DNA from: a bacterium
GTDB taxonomy: Bacteria > UBA8248
Length of the DNA stretch: 64,000 nucleotides
Assembly: GCA_965213685.1 (NCBI GenBank)
Contig: CBDBZY010000064.1
Span: forward strand, 1,088,001-1,152,000
Direction of reading: 5' to 3'
The stretch's first letter is position 1. Every line of letters begins with the position of its first letter. Both the position numbers and the translations under genes were made by a program. Of the stretch, positions 48,263 through 62,180 are shown piece by piece. Under the pieces are notes generated by a model, which did not search any database, had not been told where the DNA came from, and saw only the letters and a list, made by a program, of their open reading frames with translations.

Positions 48263-51200
48263 ATAGTCACCATAACAGTGTTGTAGGTGTTGGACTTGCA
48301 AATCAATGTCTACAAACAGACTTGCCGCACCACACTGTAACGTCTCAATCCTCCAAAGGAAGTGACGAGAGAACCGCTCGCAGCAGCCACGCCTTCTCAT
48401 ACATGACGAGAAGGCTTGACTTCGCTATTTGCTAGTGTGCAGCGCCGCTACCAGGTGAAGTGGGTGCATGGATTTATAATATATCCCCATCGGCATTTAT
48501 AAATCCGAGGCTGGATTTACATATCTCCTAGGTATTTTTAAATCCGAGGATGGATCTCCTCAGTATTTATACATCCAAGGCTGGATTTACAAATCTCTAT
48601 TTGCATTTATGTTAGTGTTCATATATTTGAGTTTGGATTTACAAATCCTCGTCAGTATTTATTTGTCCAGGCTGGATTTACGAACGATATCAACAATTAT
48701 AAATACCAACTGAGATTATTGTGGAATATAAATCCTGACTTTCTCGCTAGTTTTGACACAAACGACACCCCATAGAGTATTAAAAGCGTCCGGCGGAGAC
48801 AGGTTTCAATTATTTACTCCGTGACAGGCAATACCGGGTACAATTATCCCTTTGACTCAATGTATGGTAATGGTTTTCACTATTCAACAACGTAGGGCTT
48901 GTACTGCATAATTAGTGGTGTACTTTCTCATATTTGCACGAACTCCAAGAGCATTGGTCTCTCGCATTCCTTTTAAAGAGGTAAAGTCGCTATCGCTTCT
49001 TCCATTCATAAAGGACGCATGGTGTGCTTCCTCCATGTACCCACAAGTTTCTTCAACGTCTGAAAAGCACCTCAGATTATTTATCAAGAGATGATCGCGT
49101 GTGAAGTGCTCCGCTGTGTGCTTGAAATTCACCGCGATCACCTCTTGATAAATAATATTTGCGGTTATTCGATTAATTAACTTGATCGTGCGATCCTACC
49201 CAATCACGTGACCGCTTCGCGCACGTGCAATGGTGAGCGCTGCAGCTGATCAGGGCTAGGCTAAGGATCCGTGGGTTACAGCCGTCAGGACGCTTTCTTG
49301 CGCTACTGAGTACGTTTGTTGTACGTGTTAAAGTACTTCCACAAGGTTCATGACTCAAAGGCTTTAGAGTGTGAACCGTACAAGAACCTGTTTTGATCAG
49401 CATAACGTACTGGGACTGATCCTTTCCTTCTCTCCACATATTTTGGCCTTGATGTATTGCCCCTTTTTGGTTGTTATAAACCATAATGTTATGGCGAAGT
49501 GTAGTCCACTGCCTAGATTGTACAACTTAGAGGCCTCTCCTGACATGGAGGAGTAAGCTGCTACAAAGGTTTGCTGAAGAATACATGTTCCCTGGTATCT
49601 GTGGAGTGGTTTACATATGTAAAGTAGATCTTTGATATGGGAAAAGTGAGCAAGGGGACTACATGTTTTTACATGCATGCATGCTTTTGCATGCACATAT
49701 ACACATTGTATACTACTGCATCCCATGGCTGCATGTGACTGAACATGTTTATATAAATACATGTACCTAGATAAGCATGTATGATATAAGTGCATATGTA
49801 CGTACATGTTTAGTGACTTTTGTTGTAGGTGCATGGTATCTCTTCACTGGATAGTCAATTTTTTTGAGTGTCAAAGGATCTTGCAAGTAGGGTAGTGTTG
49901 CTTGTGCCACTAAAGAGAGTCACATGAGTGATGGAAGTATTTCATGGCATTGCTGAAATATTTGCACTTCCAAGTTGGTAAAATTGAAGTGTCATACTGC
50001 TACAAGGAGATCCTTGTCTACGGTGTACCTATGTAGAGGCACATGTATTTAGTGTTGGTTTTTGCTCATTGGATAGATGATAAGTTAATCATTCTGTAGT
50101 ACTGTGGATTAACCTTTGTGGCTGATTCTCTCACCACCTAAAAATTGAATGGTCAGACTGTACAGGTGTATGAATCTAACACTTGGCCAATTCAGGGAGC
50201 AAAGTAGGTGTTTTGGATGTGTCCTAGTTGCAGGTTGTCTGCTTAATCATTCTACTTTACCACTTGCAGAAATGTCTGAGAGTGATGAAGAATATGAAGA
50301 CATTGACCTAAAGCTGATTTCTAGGACTCAGTCCAACAGTGTCAACATTCAAGAGTCCTTCACAAAGCAGAGATCAGGTACCACCACTCTTGTTCAATGG
50401 AGCTGTTTTTTTTCCATGTGCATTAGTTTTGAAGTCTACTTTTCTCATCCCTGAAAATCATAGTTCATGTGTTAAGAAATGTGTGATTTCATTGGTTTAC
50501 TATCAGAGAGTTGGTAAATTTTATATGTACATGTATGTATATGTAGGAATGGTACTGACATGCCTGTAGTGCATGTACATGTACATATGAAGCTTTCTAA
50601 ACTTTCAAAATAATGATAGCGTGAAATGCATAACCTGTGTCCCTACATCTTTCTTTCATGTAGCACAAATACTCTTCCACATTGTACATGTTATGTCTAA
50701 CTCAGCTATCCTGACAGACACCTACACCCTATTAGTATACAAGAAATTAAGTGTTGTAGGGATTATTTTGCATGTACACATCACATGTACATATAACTTG
50801 TTCATCACCACTCCACTGGTTGCAGAGGGCTACATTTTCATCCTGTGCTTTTAGGATTGCTATTGTTACATTCCTTAACATTTATATCTATACTTTTATA
50901 TGTGTGCAGCATTAGAACCACCCTTCTCCTGTACTGGCTTTATAGTATGTATAATTTACACTGAGTAGGGCTGTATAGAAAATACATTATAATTTTAATA
51001 GTTATACCACGGCTACCAGCAGGTTATGGCAAATACAAAAAGCCATAGTTGCATAATCCTGAGGGCATAGCCCAAGGGATTATGCAACTATTGCTGAATG
51101 AATTCTCCATAACCCACTGGTAGCCATGGTATAATTCACTTATACCATGGTAGCCATAAAACTGGAGTCGAGCAACACATTTACCTGCCATTGTGGATTG

Positions 51201-52539
51201 CTGGCCGACTTGCGCACATAGACACTAGTGGTCACGTCAGTAACCAGTTTTCCCACCATCGTAGATTGCCAGTGGACTTGTGTTGACACTACCATGGGCG
51301 AGAAGGAGCATCTGACTTCCTCTGTCAGCGCTAGCATGGGGCGAGAAGGAGCGTCTGATTTTCTCCGCCAACGTACTGCGTGGGATTATCTCTACATCAC
51401 ACAGGATATATCCTGTATACCACACAGGAAACCCTGTTAAAAATCACAGGTCGTTGCGGTTATGCTGAATAAACCATGGGGCGGCACCTTTGAAAATATG
51501 ACCAACCATGGTATAAACATCTGCAAGCAAGGTGGATGCAGCACTATGTTCTGAACAGCAAATTCAGTTGTAACCTGGCTACCAAGGTACATGTAGCAGT
51601 CACATTCTGTGGTGGATGGTACTTTGTATGTAAATACACGTATTGAGTGTCATGTGGATATCTAGTGCTACATGCATGTATGAACCTTGTGAACATAAAC
51701 TGTCCGCAGTACCCACCTTACTTCACTACACCACTGTTGGCAGGCACTATCCAAGGCCTCTTACCTACGTAGTTTTGACAGTAGGTGTCCGTCCCCTCAA
51801 CTGTAGACCCACGTTAATGGAGTTTGACATACTTAGCGTGGAGAGCTTGGCTGCTATGTCATGAAGGTGCAGTGCATAGTACCACACACACATGACCTGG
51901 CTCATCATAGGTATAGGCACACGGAGGATAGTGATGCAGTATGGGACTCGATAGGCACACTAGGTACCAGGCAGGGAGGAGGGACATCCAACTATCGGGC
52001 ATTGTTAACCATGCATGCACAGTTCATCACGTGCAAGGAAGGTGTGCAGACAGCGCACAGGGCAGTATTGTCAGATGACCCCCCAGCCAAAACCCATCAT
52101 CCACCTGTTAAGGAGCAGGACAGCTACAGCTGTAGATCTAGATGGTCTCCATCAACTAGCTGCGAGATGTGATAGCCTGGGCTGGCCTTACAATACATTC
52201 CAAGGAAGGGGTCTTTGTATCCCTTAGGTCACATGGGCTACTCAGTATGCATGCTCCAGGTCAACTGCATGTCACACACCTATCACATGATCTGGGTAGG
52301 CACGTGACAGTGCAAAAGTGGGCATATGAAGCCAGCAGCCAAGCTTCTCTATATGTTGATCTGTACAAGTGTACATATGCATTTATTTGCAACCTTGCAC
52401 TTTTGTCTGGATAGTTGCAATGTCCACATTTCAAGGAGTCCAGTATTAGTAGTAGACCATTTGAAGGACATGGGACCCAATTTAAAGTTGCATACATGTA
52501 CATGAACAATCATGTGCATAGTGCACCACAACTTGAAAG

Positions 52540-53060
52540 AAAGAAAGAAAAGAACAGAGAAGAAAGAAAGAAGAATTACACACTATAAAATAGACAACAA
52601 CCTCAACGGCTTAGAAAAACATAGTTTAATATTTGGAGAACAGCCTCAACGGCTTAGAAAAATAAATATATGTAACAACCTCATTGGCTTAGAAAAATAT
52701 ACATCTGCAACAACCTCAATGGCTTAGAAAAATATATATTTTTTTAAAAAACAAAGCAACAAGCCTACACATATAAGAATAAACTCAGAACGAAAGGCAG
52801 ATGGTCCACATGCCCAACCTTGAGAAATATATATTTTTTTAAAAAACAAAGCAACAAGCCTACACATAAGAATAAACTCAGAATGAAAGGCAGATGGTCC
52901 ACATGCCCAACCTTGAGAGTTGGAAATGGGGCTTAAAGATCTTTGATGGTGCACCAACTCTCACCACCCATGTGGACCATCTACCATCCATACACAAGAC
53001 GCACAAACACAGAGCACAATCCCAAAAACCAGGCACAAGCAACAGCTCACCTTCTAGCTA
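52540..53060 (-). repeat. Second copy of the TTTTCTAAGCC repeat family, with an internal ~97-bp tandem duplication
   Basis: CCTCAACGGCTTAGAAAAA units; 52730-52920 is duplicated; homologous to 23900-24460. Confidence 0.7.
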
Positions 53061-53753
53061 AAGACAATTCAAAAAATGATGTGCAGCTGTACATTGGCTT
53101 AGATATAGTACATAGTACAAGAGTAGTGATCACATGATAGTGTGGTCATGTTGACTGACCACACCCCTATGACCATGTACTCCAGTATCTACATGTCTAC
53201 ATAGGTCATGTCTTACTTCCAGTGGAATGCAAATCCCTTCTAATGCATGCCTCTTCATACTCACACCATACTTACTGAACAAATTTATATGTTTTCTACA
53301 TGTACATGTAGTTGGCTTTATAACAATCGTATTGCAAAAAATTAGTGTTTAATACTGTCCTGCCAGTTAATTGACTTCAAAGCCATTTGCAGATGGATGG
53401 ATGGATGGATGGATGGTCATCCACTATAGTTGTGTATGCAGCTCATTGCTGGAGGTTCTAGGTGGTTTTGCTGGAACTGTTCTCATCTTGTAGTTCTGTT
53501 TACTTTTTGCTGTATAACTGCTCCACATTCATGCCAGACCAGTGAATAATAATGTGGTAGAACCAATGAATTGTAGAGCTTTCTGACTAGGAGAATGTCA
53601 CACAATTTCTGCATCTGAGACACTCCTCAAAACGTTTCCTCCTGACTACAGCAGTCTGCTCAGTCCAAGTAAGTTTAGTAGTAAACAATCTTGGTTGGCT
53701 AGGTAAGCTCATGTTGCTTATTGTTCTACATACACCAGATAACTTTAATAATT

Positions 53754-53800
53754 CTTGCCAAACGTTTCGACCACTCTGCATGGTCCTATTCAGTGGCAAG
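53754..53800 (-). ncRNA. Minimal hammerhead-like motif with variant core (Penelope-type terminal repeat)
   Basis: Minus strand reads CTTGCCA CTGAATA G GACCA tgcagag TGGTC GAAAC GTT TGGCAAG, with a 7-bp stem I and a 5-bp stem II. Confidence 0.6.
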
Positions 53801-53929
53801 GTACAAAACCAGAAGCAACAGTCAATTTATATGCAAGCAACTCAAGTAATTTTGTTGTCTACCATGACTGCCAGGAACCTCAAAGTGTTTCTTCTCAGAA
53901 TGGCTTGTCCATCCAAGACCACCTTGACC

Positions 53930-54480
53930 TCACCCAACTCCTTGGCTCATCACCTACTCAGTAGAATCTCTTCTACAGTTTATTCTTGTAAACTACAGTA
54001 ATTTGCATGGAAACCTCAGCAACATCGCTCATTAGGTTGTTTTGTAAGACAGCAGAACTGTCACTGGAGCAATAGAGGATATCATCAGCTTATATTTTCA
54101 CTGTACAGCACTGGACTACATGAAGCAAGTCATTCACATACACATTGAACAATAGTGGGCCTAGTATGGACAACGCTATATTGGAACTACTGACTTTGGC
54201 ATTGGTGTAGCCATTGGCATACTTAAATTCATCGGGTATCTGCCCACTTTCTATTCTAGACAGAAGGTAAATAGATATGTTAGATGATTCCTGGGACAGC
54301 CATCTTCAGGAGCCTAGCCCTAATATCATTCAGACTAGTAGCCTTGCTAGTGTCTAATCCGTGGAGCAGTATCTGGACATTGCCTTCAACTTTCTCTGAA
54401 CTAAAATTCCCTGCATCTTCAGTAAGCATCTCTGGCAGTATTCCACAATCAAGATCCACTAAATAATGTTCCGCTGGTCT
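53930..54480 (-). mobile_element. Degraded LINE RT fragment
   Basis: LGPLLFNVYVNDL, *ADDIL, and a KAT..NDIRARLLK-like segment. Confidence 0.65.
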
Positions 54481-55339
54481 GTTACGTAGATTTCCTTGGA
54501 GGGCTACTAGATAAATCTGTTTTCCGTTGGTTCTTGCAGCTGAGTGCCTTTATTCAATTTACTCCAGAGCTTTCTGGGATTGTGTCTTGACTCTTACTCA
54601 ACGTTGTAGTTTGGCCTTCCTCATTCTTATGACATCTTTCCCTTTCCTCATCTCTTCTGCCTGATTTAGCCTTAGCACATATACATGTATAGGTGCATAG
54701 TTTCTTGTCTTCATCAGTATCCTGATCTTTGCATCAATCCTTGAGGAAAGACTACTTTCTTCCTCACTTTCAAATGGAAACAGTACTGTTCCAATAATTC
54801 CATCTATCATGGACACCATCAGAAGAATCCATGCCACAGGGCCATGATCAAAAATCATGAACAAGAACTTCAGAATCAGATTTGCTATAGCACCTTATAT
54901 AATATCAGGACTGTTGCTTCCTTTGCATAAGCAAGGCTGTGGTCACTCAAACCTACATGTACATGTATTTCCTTGCAGCCCACAGTTATAGAGCTATGTA
55001 ATTGTACATGTAGCTGGGTCCAAACAAAGCTGAGTATATTCCAAATCTGATTCACTCTGGGTATGTGACCAATTGGGTGAGGTTAGATCAGACATTATTT
55101 GCAACCACTCAAATTTGGGTTAACCATAGGTGAAGTCACCACAAATCCTTCTTGAAGTGCTCTCTCCACTGTAATATTGTGTGCTACATGTACAGTACGT
55201 TCTGCATCCACAGTAGGGCTTGTACAGTGCAAGAGCTGCCCTTCGGTAAAAATATAATTATGTCTTATGAGATTGCCATTCCTGGATTTAAGATATACAG
55301 GAAATCAGAACAGGAATAGGGTGGTGGGTTCCTCATGAT

Positions 55340-55800
55340 GTGAAAGTGTGACAGGTTGCCACAGATACATGCCATAGCTTAGGTGGTAGAGCACTGACAG
55401 CTAAAGTCAGAGGCCCTGGTTCAATCCTGGGTGGCTGCCGGTTTTTTTACAGTTCTCTAATAATATTCCCAAGCCTTTCCTCATGCATAACGTAGCTTGC
55501 GTGTTGTGTTCGGTGGCTCCCTAGAGGGAGACCCAGCTTCATGTGCACTGCTATGAATATATAGAATATTTCATTCAGTGTGGCTCCTCCCCTGATGGAG
55601 AGGAGTTACCGGTCAATCCCTAGCAGGATTCTGACAGCACATACGGAGTGATATTGAGAATTGTGAAGGCTGGCTGTCACCCGGTGGCCATAGCTCAGGT
55701 GGTAGAGCACTGACAGCTAAAGTCAGGCTCCAGTTCAATCCCAGGTGGCTGCCGGTTTGTCACAGTTCTCTAAAAATATTCCCAAGCCTTTCTTCATGTA
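55340..55800 (+). mobile_element. Two copies of a second tRNA-derived SINE family
   Basis: GCCATAGCTCAGGTGGTAGAGCACTGACAGCTAAAGTCAG..GTTCAATCC..GGTGGCTGCCGG..ACAGTTCTCTAA at ~55371 and ~55688 (A- and B-box-like). Confidence 0.75.
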
Positions 55801-57129
55801 GTGCAAGGGAACCCAGAATTAGGATCTGCATTCATCTCCACATCACTTGAACACAAGAGCAACATCACGATCACAGCCCTAGGAGAGGACCAATATTACC
55901 ACATATAGTGACACCTCCTGCCATCAAACATAACTGGTCATCAGGCAGGTCTTGACAGAGCACTGCGATACAAACAATGAGAGGCATGATAGATACCTCA
56001 CTCAGCAACAAATGACTAGAGCAGAGAACAGCTAGGAGAATAGAGAAAATGACTCTTTGTATCTGCCATGTCTGTGCATGCTTGTACCATGGAAGCCTTA
56101 GAAAACAAAGGCACTGCCCGCAGTGTATATCCGCTAAGAGTACTAACCACAGCCTCATACATTCCATTGTCAAGGGCAACAAATTATACATGGTAATTTG
56201 CTTTCTACACTTCCGCCGGCAGTTTGCATTACTGTACCAGTTATCACTGTGTGTAGGAAGGTCACTCCAATACTACAAAGTTAATGGTACACCAGAACAT
56301 CCACATCTACATGCACTGCCCAGTTTGTATTTTTCTTGGTATTCAATGGCACTGCTGCCACTTGAACCTTCAGGGTTTGCTCCTCCATTACCACTAGTCC
56401 AAAGCGCGTTTTTGTCGCTGGTTGTGGCTGCTCCACAGTTGTGCTGATCCTGACTGATTGTAGCTGTGGTTGTACAGGCTGCTCCTTCGTTGAATTCATT
56501 GTTACATCACACTCCGAGAGTCTGGCTCACAAGACTAGAGTTCATGCACCTCTGGCAGATCTCCACATCATACACAGGTCTAAATAGCGACTGGGCCCGT
56601 AGCAATGCTCAGCAGGTCCTCTGGGTCCATGACTGCAAATGAGCTACTTCACTGCATTGTGGCTAGAACGTACACAGCCAATAACATGATCCTGTTACAT
56701 TCATGTGCACATGCTTGTACATTAGCGATGCATAAATTTTTGACAACAGGTTGTGTCAGCATTGAAACCACATTAAGGTACTACAGTGTACACAGGCGCA
56801 ACACAGGAATGTACCAGTGCTGTGACATTCCTGTGCTATACTACTGTGCATTCCCTGTGTATAGTCATGTATCGTAAATGTGTACACTCTTAGAATAGGA
56901 ATTGAGACAGGCAACTAATTTGGATTCCTTTGTTTACCTTTTAGTGTCTCTCTTTGGCTGGAATGGGGGTGCAAAGAAAGTAATAAGAGTACATACACAG
57001 TACACATTGAGAGCATACAGAAAAGTCATGTACAAAGAGCAATTTATCCGAAGTAACGTGCTCACGCTCTACAATAGTTTTAATGTCCCATCCAACAAAT
57101 GATCTATATAAAATGTTGGCAGAGGTTGT

Positions 57130-57945
57130 AGCCCAACTTCATTTCCAAACCTGAGGTATCCATTGATGCAATCCTGGCTTCAATCTCTTCTTTTGTAACT
57201 TTTGTGAGGTGTTCCATCAGAGATCATAGCAAATACTTGTAAGGACCTAATAGAACTGTATGAAGGGTCTGGAGTACCTGTAAAGTGTGGCAACAGACCA
57301 AACATTTTGAGACACTATTGTACTTACTGTCTATACTCAATAATTATACCTGTGAAGATCCAATGCAAGCTCTAAGAGGGCATTGGGATCTTCGCTGATG
57401 CTGTTCTTAGTGCAGATTTTTGTCCCGTTCTGTGTGCTGAGACTCTATGGTTGTCATCTAGGCAAGTGTGTGATGCATTAATCGTGGTGTCCCAATGACA
57501 GTTGGATCACCATTCCTGTCAAGCTATGTAACCATGCAGACCATAAAGTGCTGCTCAATTTCACAAGGAGTGCTCACCCTACACATCCTACAGAACAATC
57601 TGGCTGATGGGTCTGGTTATTGTGGTTTCAGAGGCACGTGGGTTATCACAGACAACACAGCTAGAACACAGGAGTAACAACAAGCACCTCATCCTGGAGA
57701 AAGGCGTCATAAGTCACCATACCTTCCTTCGCCAAACCTTTCAGCTCTTCCACAATTGGTACAGCCATTTGAATACAGTCCACCTACAAAACATAGAAAC
57801 AGTAATACTAGGTTATTCTTTTCACAAACATGTGTTGTTAGCACCTTGTTTGAACTACAAATGTGGTTGATATGTTTTGGATTTTCCACGTTTGGTAGAC
57901 CAGCAAGTTTGAGGCACCAGCTGTCAAACTTTTCCACTGTTTAGA
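57130..57945 (-). pseudogene. Intron-containing CACTA/EnSpm-like transposase remnant
   Basis: Minus-strand exon-like blocks KFDSWCLKLAGLP..HICSSNK, MAVPIVEELKGLAKEGMVTYDAFLQDEVLVVTPV..DNPRASE and LHTVLLGPYKYL, with stops and frameshifts. Possibly related YHGSLRK fragments lie at ~56085 (+) and ~61570 (-). Confidence 0.55.
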
Positions 57946-58964
57946 CATACATGTATTTCCACTAGTATCATCTGAGTGTAGGATTAGTGGAAGCATTAGG
58001 ACAGGTCGATCAGCTGCAAGACTTTTGTGGGGTGTGGGGTAATGTACATGTATGCACTGTACTCCTTTGAATAGACAACATAGTTTATAAAACAGTAAAG
58101 ATGAAATACAATGTAGACACTTACTTCAGTAGTCATAGCAGTACAGAGACCTGAATCAGGAAGTTGGTGCTTTATTATGGCTGGTGGAGGAACACCTGCC
58201 TTGATGGCACTCAAGTGTGCTGCTTGTATAGGGCACTGGACTTTGGCAATCATCTATCATGGCCACCGTTGTAACAATAGCACTAATCATGATGGTAACT
58301 TGCAGCCTAGTGATCGTTTGGAGTTGGATAATGCTGACCTAACAACTGCAGTGAGGTCTGTCTTGTCCCTGTGCACATCAATAGCTGAGCAGACAAGAAG
58401 GATAGAGCAGCAACTTGCAGGAGTAGAACAGGAACAGTACAGAATTACTGAGGTCGTAAAAGAGGTAGATTCCTCATGTCCCCTGAAAATGGATACCACA
58501 AAACTATTCTGCCTCCCACTCACACGAGATCCAGATTCATCAGATATCCAACAATGTCATGTTATTCCATTGGCTAACATGTACTGATCATGCTTTTTAT
58601 TATAGACGTCCGTAGTAAGAGTCATGGCGAGAATGAGTGCACAGGAAACGTTCAAAATTGAAATTGCCTTGAAGTTTGTTAATGGTAGACTGACTGAGTT
58701 ACGCTCTGAAGAGCAGAGGAAGAGGTTATTGCCGAGCGCCTTAGCGTGAGGCAATTAATTCTGCAGTACGCGACCTCGGTTGTTGGCTCGCCTTTGTATG
58801 TATATTTGTATATATGTGGCAATAGTTAGGTCACGGTTAGGAATGCAATTACTGTTTAAAGTTAAGTCACATGTAGGCAAGGAAACGGCTGCACTGAAGG
58901 TCAAGGCAATGGAAGAAAGACTGAGAGAGGGGGGTGTAAAAGCTGAAGGTTGATAATGCGGCGG

Positions 58965-59330
58965 CCCTTAGCCCAAGCCCTTGAAACGCAGGTCTAAGAG
59001 CAGAAGTATCACTTCAACGATCACTGAGTCCTTGTGCCTTCTGCCACCACGAGCATGCTCGAACCTAGTTTCAGAGTTTAGCATTACTACTGAAGGTGCA
59101 TGATGAGGCGACCCCTAGCTCAAGCCCTCTGCTGTGGCTTCGAAACGCAGGTCTAGGCGCTGAAGTACTGCTTCAACAGTCAGTTCTTGTGCCTTCTGCC
59201 ACCAAGAGTTCTAAGTTCAGAGTTTACCATTACTGCTGAAGGTCCATGATGAGGCGACCCCTAGCTCAAGCCCTCTGCTGGCTTTGAGGCGCCTGTCTAA
59301 GTGCTGAAGTACAGCCTCAACGGTCCATCC
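58965..59330. repeat. Imperfect tandem repeat, ~160-170-bp unit, ~2.3 copies
   Basis: GAAACGCAGGTCTA..TTCAGAGTTTA..ATGATGAGGCGACCCCTAGCTCAAGCCCTCTGCTG recurs. Confidence 0.75.
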
Positions 59331-59529
59331 TTACTACCCAGAGTTACATTCGGTGTGAACGAGGCATTGTAACTGTGCACTGCGTATACCTAGTTTATTA
59401 TATAGCTCAACTTCAGCAGTATCCCAAGAATTACACAACTGTAATATTTCTCTCCTGCATGGCGATGAAGCCAACGCAGAATGAATATGGATAGACTTTA
59501 ACACAATGTTAGACAATGTTAACCACTAT

Positions 59530-60754
<1,225 letters not shown>

Positions 60755-61849
60755 CACTATAATCAAAAGTTACATAATCATGGAAATATTTACAGCATAA
60801 AAAAATGTACCAATTCACATTCCAAGCAATGACATTTGCCTGAAGGTTTCCACTCTGATGGTGTCTTGCAGCAAGCTTCTCTGATAGAAGTAATGCATAA
60901 AAATTATGCACAATAATGCACTATGACTTGATAAAATAATATGTATACTTTACCTCTCACTGTTTCGTTTAGACTTGGGTGTTTCTGTACCATGGCTAAG
61001 AGTTCTAGGACGTTTCACATCAATTTTTTTGACAGACCTGTAACATGAGTGAACACTATTATATGCATGTTAGCATTTTGTAACTTGCCTTCTCGCATTT
61101 ACCAGCCTGTGCTGCATTTTCAGCAGCCGGCCAATCTACAGGCAACTGCTCAGAGCCACCTTTCTGGGCTGGTGGAGCATTTTCTTTCCCTTCGGTAGCC
61201 ATTTATACCTATAGCCTTCCTGTGCAAGCATGTTGTCAGTATTCTGTGTAACAGAGCTGATTTCATGTCAGTGTCAGTCCTGTAATTGTAAATATTGTCA
61301 CAGACCTGTACTGCCAGGCCTGTGACATGGTTGTAGCTGTGCTGGCTGCACCACACTGAACGATAGTGTAACATTATTGTACCAGAGGCATGTAACAGCA
61401 CTGCCCACTTCTGCGAATGTACCCTGACATGATAGGTACAGTCAGGGGGACCTTCAGCATTGTTACATTGCTGTTGGAAATTGGTTGCGTACTTCACTGC
61501 AATGCGGCTAGAACGTAACTGGCTAGCTCTAACCAGTATAGGCTGGTTCAAACTGGTGTTTTTTCTAAGGCTTCCATGGTACAAGCAGGTTACAGTACAC
61601 CCACTCGTCAGTTTAGTGTATATGCACTAAACCAACTTGTGGGTGTACTGTACGTAACATATTGCTAATGCTGTCTTGTTTTCTGGGTTGTGATTGGATT
61701 CCCTACACACATGTATTCTTTGCAAGTTACATTTTTCTGCACTATCACTGCATGCCTAAAACTAAAAGTAAGTGTGGAAGTATTGAGGACAAAACAGAAA
61801 TTAACATGAGCTATGTATTGGTGGAAGTTACAATTGAATAGTAAAAATA

Positions 61850-62180
61850 TTTTTTCCAAAAATATAAGGGATGTACATGTACGGATGGCAGTGCCAAAAT
61901 CACAGAAACTAGGTATAGGCATGCCAGTGTGTAGGCAAGACAGGTTATACAAAGGCTATACAAGTAACTCCATCCCTACGTACATCTTATTTTTTGCTTC
62001 ACAATGCTGTTCTCGGTAATCTCACAAGTAATTCTACATGTATCCCTGCATCTTTTTCTTATACATGACATCATTCTGTGGCCTATGCTATAACCTCTCT
62101 TGCCTGCACACTTGCATCCCTACACCTACATGTAGTTTCTGGCACTGCCATCCCTACGTCCCTCTACATTTTGGAAAATT
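61850..62180. mobile_element. Old, decayed terminal hairpin of the hairpin-ended repeat family
   Basis: Both arms are recognisable (GGATGGCAGTGCCAAAA.. / ..GGCACTGCCATCCCTAC) but diverged from each other and carry small insertions. Confidence 0.75.

Noticed and set aside
49800-52450. Possible gene or DIRS-like remnant
   Set aside because: Only short, stop-interrupted frames with no motif I can identify reliably.
55371-55750. tRNA genes
   Set aside because: No complete cloverleaf; a shared non-tRNA tail shows they are SINE copies.
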